Below, one piece after another: positions 1-8,412 of a stretch of 64,000 nucleotides of DNA. Origin of the DNA: Candidatus Bathyarchaeota archaeon (GTDB taxonomy: Archaea; Thermoproteota; Bathyarchaeia; Bathyarchaeales; Bathycorpusculaceae). The stretch lies in assembly GCA_963811105.1 (NCBI GenBank), contig CAWEPZ010000011.1, positions 1,376,001 through 1,440,000 on the forward strand, in the 5' to 3' direction. Position 1 is the stretch's first letter. Every line of letters begins with the position of its first letter. The position numbers were made by a program, and so were the translations under genes. The notes under the pieces were generated by a model. That model made no database searches and was not told the DNA's origin. It saw only the letters and a list, made by a program, of their open reading frames with translations.

Positions 1-2
1 AC

Positions 3-881
3 ATTCCTATTTACGGCGACGTAAAGGCGAAAGACCCAGTTAAGGTCGTCAGGGAAGGGTTGAAACAATTCGCCGATAAGGACCTATTAATTGTTGACAC
101 ATCAGGCAGGCACAAAGAAGAGAAAGATCTGATCAAAGAGATGAAAGATCTTGAAAAGAACATCAAGCCTGACGAAGTCATCCTGGTTATTGACGGAACC
201 ATTGGCCAACAAGCCCTTATCCAAGCCAAAGCATTCCATGAAGCAACACCAATAGGGGCAATAATCGTTACGAAACTTGACGGTTCTTCTCGTGGAGGAG
301 GCGCACTCTCAGCAGTCGCAGCAACCGGCGCACCAATAAAGTTTATTGGCACTGGCGAAAAAATCGAAGATATCGAATCATTTATTCCCTCACGCTTTGT
401 TGGCCGACTCTTAGGCATGGGCGATTTGGAAACCCTTTTGGAAAAAGTTCATGACGCCGAAATTAAGGTTCCACAGAAGAAAGCTAAAGAAATACTCAGC
501 GGCAACTTTACTCTAACAGATATGTATGAACAATTTGCAGCTGTCAAAGGGATGGGTCCATTTAAAAAAGTGCTTCAGATGTTGCCAGGGATGTCCTCTA
601 ATGTGCCAGACGAAATGTTGAATTCCGCTGAAGGTCGCTTGGATAAATGGCAAGTAATAATTCAGTCCATGACACCTAAGGAAAAAGAAAACCCGAAGCT
701 ATTGAACTCCTCCAGAGCAAGACGAATAGCACACGGCTCCGGAACAACAGAAAAAGACGTCAAAGAATTAGTAAAACAGTATTTTCTGATGCGTAAAATG
801 CTCAAGACGTTTAAACGTAGAAAGAAACTGCCCTTCGGGCTTGGCGGAAAAGGAATGCCCGCGAATTTTCCAGTAGGCTAA
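3..881 (+). CDS. srp54: Signal recognition particle protein SRP54 (5'-truncated by window edge)
   Basis: GTPase motifs DTSGR and TKLDG, GTGE, GRLLGMGD, Met-rich M domain; frame is open from position 3. Confidence 0.97.
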   Translation: MPIYGDVKAKDPVKVVREGLKQFADKDLLIVDTSGRHKEEKDLIKEMKDLEKNIKPDEVILVIDGTIGQQALIQAKAFHEATPIGAIIVTKLDGSSRGGGALSAVAATGAPIKFIGTGEKIEDIESFIPSRFVGRLLGMGDLETLLEKVHDAEIKVPQKKAKEILSGNFTLTDMYEQFAAVKGMGPFKKVLQMLPGMSSNVPDEMLNSAEGRLDKWQVIIQSMTPKEKENPKLLNSSRARRIAHGSGTTEKDVKELVKQYFLMRKMLKTFKRRKKLPFGLGGKGMPANFPVG

Positions 882-886
882 AAGAC

Positions 887-2218
887 ATGGATATTTTAGA
901 AAAAGCGTTTGAACTTCTTAGCAAATACCCCCTTTGTAACCATTGTCTTGGACGACAATTTGCCTTGCTTGGTTACAGCATGGAAAACAACGTACGAGGT
1001 TCTTCATTAAAAATCAATTTAACCTTACAAGCAAACGACCTTGTAAAAGAAAAGAAAATAGAAGGCATTGAACAGCTTAAAATTTTGGCGACAAATGGTT
1101 TTTCAAGAGAAGCCCAAGAAACCTTAAAACACCTAAAAAAACGCGTTCCAAAAGCCCTAGAAACAAAATGTTATCTTTGTGAAGGCAAATTTGAGCTTGT
1201 TAGCAGCTTAACCGATAAAGCATTAGCTGCAATTGAGGGCTATGAATATTCCACATTTCTAATCGGTATTGAATTGCCACTTAAGATTGAGGAAAGTGAA
1301 GACGAGTTTAAAGCCGTCTTCAACCTTGGCTACAGCGAAAGTATCAAACATGAGTTCGGACGACTACTTGGCAAAGCCCTCGCCGAACGCAGCGGCAAAG
1401 AGGCAAATTACTTAATCCCTGACATAGTCCCAGTAATAAACCCCTTTCAAGAGAAAGTGCACATTCAAGTTAACCCGCTTTTTGTCGCAGGCAGATACCG
1501 CAAGCTAGTGCGTACAATTCCACAATCAAAATGGTTCTGTTCAACCTGCCGTGGAAGAGGCTGCGAAAAATGCGGTGGAACAGGAAAAATGTATCCTGAA
1601 TCGGTTGAGGAGTTATCTTCAAAACCACTGTTAGAAGCAACTTTAGGCGAAAAATCCTCATTTCATGCTTCTGGCCGCGAAGACATCGACGCACGCATGT
1701 TGGGCACAGGGCGACCTTTTGTTATCGAGGTTTCTAAACCCAAGAAACGATTTATCGACTTAAAAGAAATTGAAGCCAAAATCAACGCCGATGCAATGGG
1801 AAAAGTTCAAGTTTCAAAGTTGCATTTTACCAATAAGGACGTTGTTAGACGGCTCAAAAAGGGCGAAGGCTCCCAGAAGGAATACCGTTTACTAGCTGAG
1901 TTTGAGAAGCCAATTTCCGACGAGAACTTGCATTTGTTGGAAGAAAAGCTCAGCGGCGCTTCAATAAACCAGCAAACGCCTATTCGTGTCATGCATAGAA
2001 GGGCGGATTTGACCCGAGAAAGGTACATATATAAGGTTAAAGTTAAGAAGGTGTCGCTTAAGAGGGCTCTGATGCAAATTCACTGTCAAGGCGGCCTTTA
2101 TGTCAAAGAATTGGTGTCTGGAGATGAAGGAAGAACAATACCGAACGTTTCAGATTTGCTCGGAAACAGAGCGAAGACGCTTAAGCTTGACGTTCTAAAA
2201 GTAATTATGGATGATTAA
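887..2218 (+). CDS. pus10: tRNA pseudouridine(54/55) synthase Pus10
   Basis: N-terminal CxxCLGR, FHASGREDIDARMLGTGRPF catalytic motif, GGLYVKEL; canonical position after srp54. Confidence 0.96.
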   Translation: MDILEKAFELLSKYPLCNHCLGRQFALLGYSMENNVRGSSLKINLTLQANDLVKEKKIEGIEQLKILATNGFSREAQETLKHLKKRVPKALETKCYLCEGKFELVSSLTDKALAAIEGYEYSTFLIGIELPLKIEESEDEFKAVFNLGYSESIKHEFGRLLGKALAERSGKEANYLIPDIVPVINPFQEKVHIQVNPLFVAGRYRKLVRTIPQSKWFCSTCRGRGCEKCGGTGKMYPESVEELSSKPLLEATLGEKSSFHASGREDIDARMLGTGRPFVIEVSKPKKRFIDLKEIEAKINADAMGKVQVSKLHFTNKDVVRRLKKGEGSQKEYRLLAEFEKPISDENLHLLEEKLSGASINQQTPIRVMHRRADLTRERYIYKVKVKKVSLKRALMQIHCQGGLYVKELVSGDEGRTIPNVSDLLGNRAKTLKLDVLKVIMDD

Positions 2219-2236
2219 GGAAAAGGTGAAAATTAG

Positions 2237-2539
2237 ATGAAAGGTTCAAAAGGATATTATACTGGCACTCGCAGCTTACTAAAAAAGCAAACCAGGGAAA
2301 AAGGTAAACCAAAAATTGGCAAGATACTTCAAGACTACGCGCCTGGTTCTCAAGTGATAATAAGGATGGACTCTAGCACGCAGAAAAGCATGCCTCACAA
2401 ACGATTCCATGGTAAGATAGGAACAATCATAGCGAAACGAGGACGCGGCTACGTGATTAGCGTTCCACAAGGAAACAGTGTTAAGCAAATCATTACTCGC
2501 TCTGAACATATAGAAGGGTACATGGGTAGTGGAGAATAA
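2237..2539 (+). CDS. rpl21e: 50S ribosomal protein L21e
   Basis: SKGYYTGTRSLL, MPHKRFHGKIGT; synteny. Confidence 0.96.
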   Translation: MKGSKGYYTGTRSLLKKQTREKGKPKIGKILQDYAPGSQVIIRMDSSTQKSMPHKRFHGKIGTIIAKRGRGYVISVPQGNSVKQIITRSEHIEGYMGSGE

Positions 2540-2877
2540 TGAGTAAGCGAGAAGTAAGCGAAAACCGTTTGACACTACCACAGGTTAAGAAAGTATTGGA
2601 AACTATTGGCGAAGAAAACCTTGACCAATTCCAACGACGAACATTAGATTATGTAAACAAATTCTCTAAAGTTGATCCTGAAAAAGCCGAAGAGCTTTTG
2701 CAGACTCTAGTAAAGGAATATGAAATTGATGAGGCGGAAGCAATTCAAATAATAAATTGCATGCCTGAAACTGTTGATGAGTTGAGAGTCTTCTTAGCTG
2801 GCGGACGCAAGATCATTGAGACAGCAAAATTACACTCTATAGTTGCACTTCTGAATGAGAATAGGACTTTGAAGTAG
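2539..2877 (+). CDS. rpoF: RNA polymerase subunit Rpo4/F
   Basis: TLDYVNKFSKVD, QIINCMPETVDELR; rpl21e-rpoF-DUF655 synteny. Confidence 0.92.
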   Translation: MSKREVSENRLTLPQVKKVLETIGEENLDQFQRRTLDYVNKFSKVDPEKAEELLQTLVKEYEIDEAEAIQIINCMPETVDELRVFLAGGRKIIETAKLHSIVALLNENRTLK

Positions 2878-2939
2878 AGGAAGCAACTAAGTATTTTTAA
2901 GCAGTAATCCTCAATAGACTGTAAGGCTTAGTGACTATT

Positions 2940-3506
2940 ATGGAAAAGCGGTATGAAGAGTACGCCTACGTCTTAGACTTTTTGTCGCATGGAAAGCCAG
3001 GGTTCCGTCCAACTGGACGAGCTGGTTACAGAGCAGGAGCTCTAATTCAATGCGTCGGTGAAGAGTTCTTTACGCTTTTGGAGGCCTTGGTAAAGGAGGA
3101 TTTGCTACTTAAGCCAGGCGACCGCGTTTACGTTGGAAAAGAATCTCGAGAAGAAGTTACATACATTATCGGGCGCATTGGCTATGAAGAATTAACCGCT
3201 TCTGCAAAAGCCGAGCTTCCAAGTGTAGTAAGCAAAATAGTGTCGAACAAGGAGAATTGGTTCGTAAATTTCTTCAATACGGCACGAGCAATTACTCCTC
3301 GAATGCATGCTTTGGAACTTGTTCCAGGTATCGGCAAGAAGTACATGTGGCAGGTTATTAACGATCGTGAACGAAAGCCATTTGAAAGCTTTGCCGACTT
3401 GCAAAAACGAACTGAATTGCCTAATCCTGTTAAGTTGATTACTAAGCGAGTTATGGAAGAACTTGAGGGCGACAGCAAGTACCGTTTGTTCACTCGCTCG
3501 CAATAA
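2940..3506 (+). CDS. DUF655 family putative RNA-binding protein
   Basis: EEYAYVLDFL, ITPRMHALELVPGIGKK HhH motif; synteny; ATG at 2940 preferred. Confidence 0.92.
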   Translation: MEKRYEEYAYVLDFLSHGKPGFRPTGRAGYRAGALIQCVGEEFFTLLEALVKEDLLLKPGDRVYVGKESREEVTYIIGRIGYEELTASAKAELPSVVSKIVSNKENWFVNFFNTARAITPRMHALELVPGIGKKYMWQVINDRERKPFESFADLQKRTELPNPVKLITKRVMEELEGDSKYRLFTRSQ

Positions 3507-3517
3507 GGCGTCAAGCG

Positions 3518-4336
3518 ATGAGCCTTGAGGAAACGAAGCGGTTGCTTCGAACCCATCGAATTACCCCGAACAAGCTTTTAGGGCAAAACTTCATGATTAA
3601 GCCTTCATTTTACGAAAAGATGTGCATTTATGCTGATCTTAAGGCTTCAGATGTAGTGTTGGATGTTGGCGCAGGCTTCGGTTTTCTAAGCTGTTTTTTG
3701 GCTGATAAATGCAAGAGCGTAATTGCTGTTGAGAAGGACCCGCAGGTTGCAGGAGTTCTTCGTGAACAAGTCCAAGGCATCGACAATGTGACTGTAATTC
3801 AGGGCGATGTGCTTAAGGTAGTTTTGCCTGAGTTTAACAAGGTCATAGCAATCCCCCCTTACTACCTCTCCTCTCATCTACTAACGTGGCTTTTTGAACA
3901 CAGATTAGACTGTGCAGTGTTGATTCTGCAGAAAGAATTTGCAAATCGATTAATAGCACTTGCAGGCAGTGAGGATTATAGTTGGTTAACAGTTATTACA
4001 TGTCAGCATGCTGAGGCTGAAGTTTTGGACGCGGTTCCTAAAGAAATGTTTTATCCCCCACCAAAAGTGGATTCACTAATTGCTAAACTAAAGCCTTTCA
4101 GTAAAAGTTCATTTGAAGTTAAAGACGAACTTTTTTTTAAGCAAATGGTAAAGTGGCTTTTTACTGAACGAAACAGAAAGTTAGGCAAAGCACTAACGCC
4201 TTTCTTGAAGGCCACATTTAAGCTATGCAAACAAGATGCAGAAAAGCTTTCCCTTGCAGTGCCATTTCTCGAAAGGCGCGCCCGAGAACTATCGCCTAAA
4301 GATTTTGGAGCAATAGCAAATGCAATTTGCAATTAA
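3518..4336 (+). CDS. rsmA: 16S rRNA adenine dimethyltransferase KsgA/RsmA
   Basis: LGQNF, DVGAGFG, QKEFA, FYPPPKVDS. Confidence 0.93.
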   Translation: MSLEETKRLLRTHRITPNKLLGQNFMIKPSFYEKMCIYADLKASDVVLDVGAGFGFLSCFLADKCKSVIAVEKDPQVAGVLREQVQGIDNVTVIQGDVLKVVLPEFNKVIAIPPYYLSSHLLTWLFEHRLDCAVLILQKEFANRLIALAGSEDYSWLTVITCQHAEAEVLDAVPKEMFYPPPKVDSLIAKLKPFSKSSFEVKDELFFKQMVKWLFTERNRKLGKALTPFLKATFKLCKQDAEKLSLAVPFLERRARELSPKDFGAIANAICN

Positions 4337-4934
4337 GCGAGTAACATTTGGCAATTATGCCTTTAACATTTGGGAGAATGTTTACGAGCCAGCCGAGGAC
4401 TCATTTCTCTTCGCTGAAAATCTAGATGTTGTGAAAGACTCACAAGTATTAGATTTGGGTACCGGTTGTGGCATGCTTGGCATATTGGCTGCAGAAATAG
4501 CTACGGGTGTGATCGCAGTTGATCTAAATCCATATGCTGTTCGATGTGCCAAGGAGAATTCAGCGCTCAACAATGTACGCGGCAAAATGGCTTTCATACA
4601 AGCTGACCTATTAACCGCTTTTAATGAGAACGATAATTTTGACCTGATTCTTTTTAATGCTCCCTACCTGCCTGCAGCTGAGAATGAAACTGAATCTTGG
4701 ATTGGACGATCATGGGCAGGAGGAATAAATGGACGCCAAGTAATTGACCGCTTTATCACCCAGGCACCTTCACATTTGAAACCCAACGGTCGGATTCTCT
4801 TAATGCAATCGACGCTAACAAACTTGGAAGAAACGTTACGTAAACTTGACCAACTGGGTCTTAAGGCAAGCCAAAAAGCTGAACAAAAACTGCCTTTTTT
4901 TGAGACTATAACACTTATAGAAGCCAGAAGTTAA
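4320..4934 (+). CDS. HemK2/Mtq2-type protein methyltransferase
   Basis: VYEPAEDSFL, DLGTGCG, FNAPY, WAGGINGRQVIDRF. Confidence 0.9.
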   Translation: MQFAIKRVTFGNYAFNIWENVYEPAEDSFLFAENLDVVKDSQVLDLGTGCGMLGILAAEIATGVIAVDLNPYAVRCAKENSALNNVRGKMAFIQADLLTAFNENDNFDLILFNAPYLPAAENETESWIGRSWAGGINGRQVIDRFITQAPSHLKPNGRILLMQSTLTNLEETLRKLDQLGLKASQKAEQKLPFFETITLIEARS

Positions 4935-5012
4935 CATTGTGGAGGTATATGATGCCTGTGGGTTTTGAAAAGCAAATAAAGGTAAGTATCATTGGTTATT
5001 GTGGTGAGTAAG

Positions 5013-5342
5013 ATGACGCTTTGGTTTTATGTTAAAACACAAGATGAACCGAACGCTGTTGGAGAAATTGTTTGCAGCTTCAACGTAACGGAAGGGAAGC
5101 ATCCTGGAGATAAGTACTCTTGGATTATGGAACCGGGAAAAGATGAGCCTGGTTACTGGGAAATTAAAGGCAAATATGCTCGCCTAAAAGACCTCACAGA
5201 AATAGGTATCGTTTACCGAATAGGCGACACCGTGGTTTTGGCGGAAATTGATGATGACTTAGCTCCAGACTTAATAGACCCATTAATAACCAAGTATGGG
5301 TTTGATAACGTTAAGTGGATTGCTGTTCCAAAAATGGAATAG
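5013..5342 (+). CDS. Hypothetical protein
   Basis: Protein-like ORF with GTGGTGAG SD-like motif before ATG 5013; no family recognised. Confidence 0.7.
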   Translation: MTLWFYVKTQDEPNAVGEIVCSFNVTEGKHPGDKYSWIMEPGKDEPGYWEIKGKYARLKDLTEIGIVYRIGDTVVLAEIDDDLAPDLIDPLITKYGFDNVKWIAVPKME

Positions 5343-5805
5343 TTAAAAACTTAAAGGCCCCAGCAAGCATAGAGATACGCACAGGAATTTTTGCCTGCAT
5401 AAGTTTCTAACGACTACTTTGTTTTTAAAAGTTGTTAAGTGTTGCTGGAGTGGCTATTCACATGGGATGAGCCTAATTATTTAAGAGAAACCCGGCTAGT
5501 TGGGAACAAACCTCTCTTCTCAATAAGCGAGTCGGACCGAACTTACATACAAAAGGGTATGAGTATTTAAGAGCTAAGACTTACTATATACCGTTATTAT
5601 CATTCCCTGCGGACCAAGTTTGAGGCTTTCCGTCTCTTAAGATAAACGGTATCAAAAGTCGTTTCCACAAATAGGATAAATCCGCGTTTCAAACGTTCGG
5701 AAGTATCTTCAACGTGTTATTGGAGATAATTCAACTGGTGTTGAGCGGGGGTGATTCTAGCCCCAGTTTTACGAGCAAAAACCTTTTGATGAATATTTAA
5801 AGAAA

Positions 5806-5850
5806 TGGGTTCGATGGAATTTGAACCATGCCTTCTAGCTTAGAAGTCTG
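5806..5850 (-). pseudogene. Possible degenerate tRNA-Arg(UCU) 3'-half remnant
   Basis: Minus strand reads CAGACTTCTAAGCTAGAAGGCATGGTTCAAATTCCATCGAACCCA: CT-TCT-AA anticodon-loop-like, GGTTCAAAT T-loop-like, CCCA end; stems broken and 5' half absent. Confidence 0.35.
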
Positions 5851-5858
5851 CGGGTCTT

Positions 5859-6344
5859 CTATTGTTTGTCGTACTTTTCGACTTCATCATTTACTATCGT
5901 TAGTTCAATACATGCCTGCTTGAACATCTCTCTCGTATCTGCATCAGCATGATACCGCTTGTCACAAACCACCCTTTTAATGCCAGCGTTGATTATCATC
6001 ATGGCACAGGTTCGGCAGGGGGTCATTTTACAAAAAAGAGTAGCTCCCTCAAGTGATATTCCAAACCTAGCGGCTTGAATTATGGCGTTTTGTTCTGCAT
6101 GAAGAGTTCGTACACAGTGCTGCGTTACATTTCCGTTGTTGTCAAATACTTTGCGCATGTCGTGTCCTGCTTCGTCGCAATGAGGTAAACCAGAGGGAGC
6201 GCCAACATAACCAGTCGTCATTATTCGTTTATCCTTAACGATTACGCAGCCACTTCTTCCTCGATCACAAGTCGCACGCTTTGCCACAGCTTCACATAAA
6301 TCTAAAAAGTACTTGTCCCAATTGGGTCTTGAATTGTTCTCCAA
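5859..6344 (-). CDS. dCMP deaminase (cytidine/deoxycytidylate deaminase family)
   Basis: RPNWDKYF, RATC, HAEQNAI, PCRTC Zn motifs. Confidence 0.92.
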   Translation of the reverse strand: MENNSRPNWDKYFLDLCEAVAKRATCDRGRSGCVIVKDKRIMTTGYVGAPSGLPHCDEAGHDMRKVFDNNGNVTQHCVRTLHAEQNAIIQAARFGISLEGATLFCKMTPCRTCAMMIINAGIKRVVCDKRYHADADTREMFKQACIELTIVNDEVEKYDKQ

Positions 6345-6412
6345 CAGTGTTCCGCCTCAAGCTTAGATGGATACTTCAATAAAACAAATTAATAAATCAT
6401 ATCGAACAACCA

Positions 6413-7705
6413 TTATTTCTGATAGATGTGAATTTCTCTGCCTGTAATGTGCCGTTCATCAATCTCAACTAGGGACCGCATGCAAACAAACTCTTCAAAT
6501 ACCCTGGCCTTCTCGGAAAACATATCTCTAGAAAAAGCCTGTACAAGCTTAAAGCCGCAATTCAAAAGTTTTTCTTCAATAGGCATAGTCACTGCTTGTC
6601 CTGAACGAACTTTAAAATAGGGTGTCACAAGCACCAATCGTCCATTACTTTTTAGCACTCGATAGGCTTCTTCAACAAAACCAAAATAAAGAGGCTCAAG
6701 CTTCTGAATAATTTTCAACGCATAAGGTCTGGTAGGTACCTGACGCAAAGCGGGTCCCAAATCTGGCTCTGAAACAATACAATCAACCGTTTCTTGCCCA
6801 ACCTTCTGGGATAGCCTACTCACATCGCCCTGTACAACCCGAAAATCCGCATCGCTAAGGTTGTATTCGTTTGCAAGCCACTCAAGATTCTCATTCGCGG
6901 CTTTAACGCACCAAGGATTGACATCCACCCCAACAACTTTCGCTTTCTCAAGTATTGCTTCCTGAAGGATTGTGCCAACTCCGCAAAAGGGGTCAAGTAA
7001 AGTTTTTCCAGAGGTGCAGGCCGATAAATTAACCATTATCCGAGCTAACCTTGGGGGGATAGCAAAAATTGTGCGTTGATTAGGCTTGTAGATGTCTCTT
7101 TTTTGAAATTCAAAAGGGTTATGCACGCCTACGGTTGTTGCAACCCAGGTGTCTTCTTTATCGATAAATACCAATACTTCCGTTTTGTTTTCAACTAGAT
7201 TCTTCTTTAATACTTCAACATGGGTTAACTGAGCTTGTCTTCTGTCTTTAGAAAAACCCATGAACTTTGATTTCCTTCCAGAATCTGCCAACTCATCTTT
7301 TACAGTGCTTCCGATAAACCGCTGAATAACTCCCGATAATTGGTGTAGCTTGTTTTCAGCACAATACACGCTTACTCCAAAAAGCATTTTCTCAGACGAT
7401 TTAGCCATCTCATTAACTAATCCACTTGAAGCGATAGATTGGGCTATTCGAGATTGGGATTGTTTGTTTTTGTCAAGAAATGCTACCTTCACAATTTGAG
7501 TAGCAAACCTTGTTTTTTCTTCGCCAATTTTTATTGTTCCGCCTAAATCATCGATAGCGACAGAGCCTTCTTCAATGTTAAGTGCAAAAAACTCACTTGA
7601 AAAAAATTCTACTTCAAATTTGATTTCTCTTGCTTTTAGGTAAGAGATAATCTCTGCTAAGGAAATCTTCCAGTTTTTTCCTGAAACAAACAACTTTGTT
7701 GGCAT
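6413..7705 (-). CDS. Trm11/TrmG10-like tRNA methyltransferase
   Basis: LGGTIKIG, IPPRLARIMVNL, LDPFCGVGTIL, VSEPDLG. Confidence 0.82.
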   Translation of the reverse strand: MPTKLFVSGKNWKISLAEIISYLKAREIKFEVEFFSSEFFALNIEEGSVAIDDLGGTIKIGEEKTRFATQIVKVAFLDKNKQSQSRIAQSIASSGLVNEMAKSSEKMLFGVSVYCAENKLHQLSGVIQRFIGSTVKDELADSGRKSKFMGFSKDRRQAQLTHVEVLKKNLVENKTEVLVFIDKEDTWVATTVGVHNPFEFQKRDIYKPNQRTIFAIPPRLARIMVNLSACTSGKTLLDPFCGVGTILQEAILEKAKVVGVDVNPWCVKAANENLEWLANEYNLSDADFRVVQGDVSRLSQKVGQETVDCIVSEPDLGPALRQVPTRPYALKIIQKLEPLYFGFVEEAYRVLKSNGRLVLVTPYFKVRSGQAVTMPIEEKLLNCGFKLVQAFSRDMFSEKARVFEEFVCMRSLVEIDERHITGREIHIYQK

Positions 7706-7869
7706 ATGGAAAATGAAAAGTTAACTAAGTATATAAGATGACGCGCCTATCGACCTGAAAAAAAGCATGATTGCAAAAAAAAGAATTGAAAAATTGACAC
7801 GATGCTTTGGTGCAACGTTACAAATCGTTTAAATACCGCTAAATCAGTAATGCTAAAAAGGGACGTTTC

Positions 7870-8412
7870 ATGCACGCAAAGAACTACAGGCACGTTAAGA
7901 ATCGAGCCTATACAAGAAAAGAATACGCCAGAGGGTTCCCTCCACCAAAAATAGTAAAGTTCACTATGGGTGATACAAAGGGTACCTTTGACGTCGAAGC
8001 TAGATTAGTGGCTTTAGAACGAGCTCAAATACGTCACAGTGCGCTTGAAGCAATGCGTGTGGCCGCGAACCGTATTTTAATGGATAAACTCGTGAATGAT
8101 TACCTAATGGTTGTTAATGTTTACCCTCACATTATCCTAAGAGAAAACAAAATGATTTTCGGCGCCCATGCTGACCGACTCCAACAAGGAATGAGACGTT
8201 CCTTCGGAACAGCTATTGGTACTGCCGCAAAAGTAGAAGTAGACCAAACCATAATAACCGTAAGAGTGAAAGCTGCTGCAGCTGAAATAGCCAAAGAATC
8301 ACTCAAAAGAGGAAGCGCAAAACTTCCCATCCCCTGCAAAGTAGTTGTTTCCAAAATTGAAGCTTCTCCAGAAGTAGCTGAAACGGCTGAACCGGAGTCG
8401 GAGACAAGTTGA
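7870..8412 (+). CDS. rpl10e: 50S ribosomal protein uL16 (L10e)
   Basis: YTRKEY, QIRHSALEA, YPHIILRENKM, ADRLQQGMRRSFG. Confidence 0.97.
   Translation: MHAKNYRHVKNRAYTRKEYARGFPPPKIVKFTMGDTKGTFDVEARLVALERAQIRHSALEAMRVAANRILMDKLVNDYLMVVNVYPHIILRENKMIFGAHADRLQQGMRRSFGTAIGTAAKVEVDQTIITVRVKAAAAEIAKESLKRGSAKLPIPCKVVVSKIEASPEVAETAEPESETS

Noticed and set aside
5590-5760. Possible decayed small Zn-ribbon gene or structured RNA
   Set aside because: All frames checked are interrupted and lack the Cys pairs; only a short terminal hairpin; not supportable as a feature
7736-7792. Possible C/D-box sRNA (ATGACG..CTGA..ATGATT..TTGA)
   Set aside because: Boxes deviate from consensus, the second guide is poly-A, and the stretch overlaps the divergent promoter region
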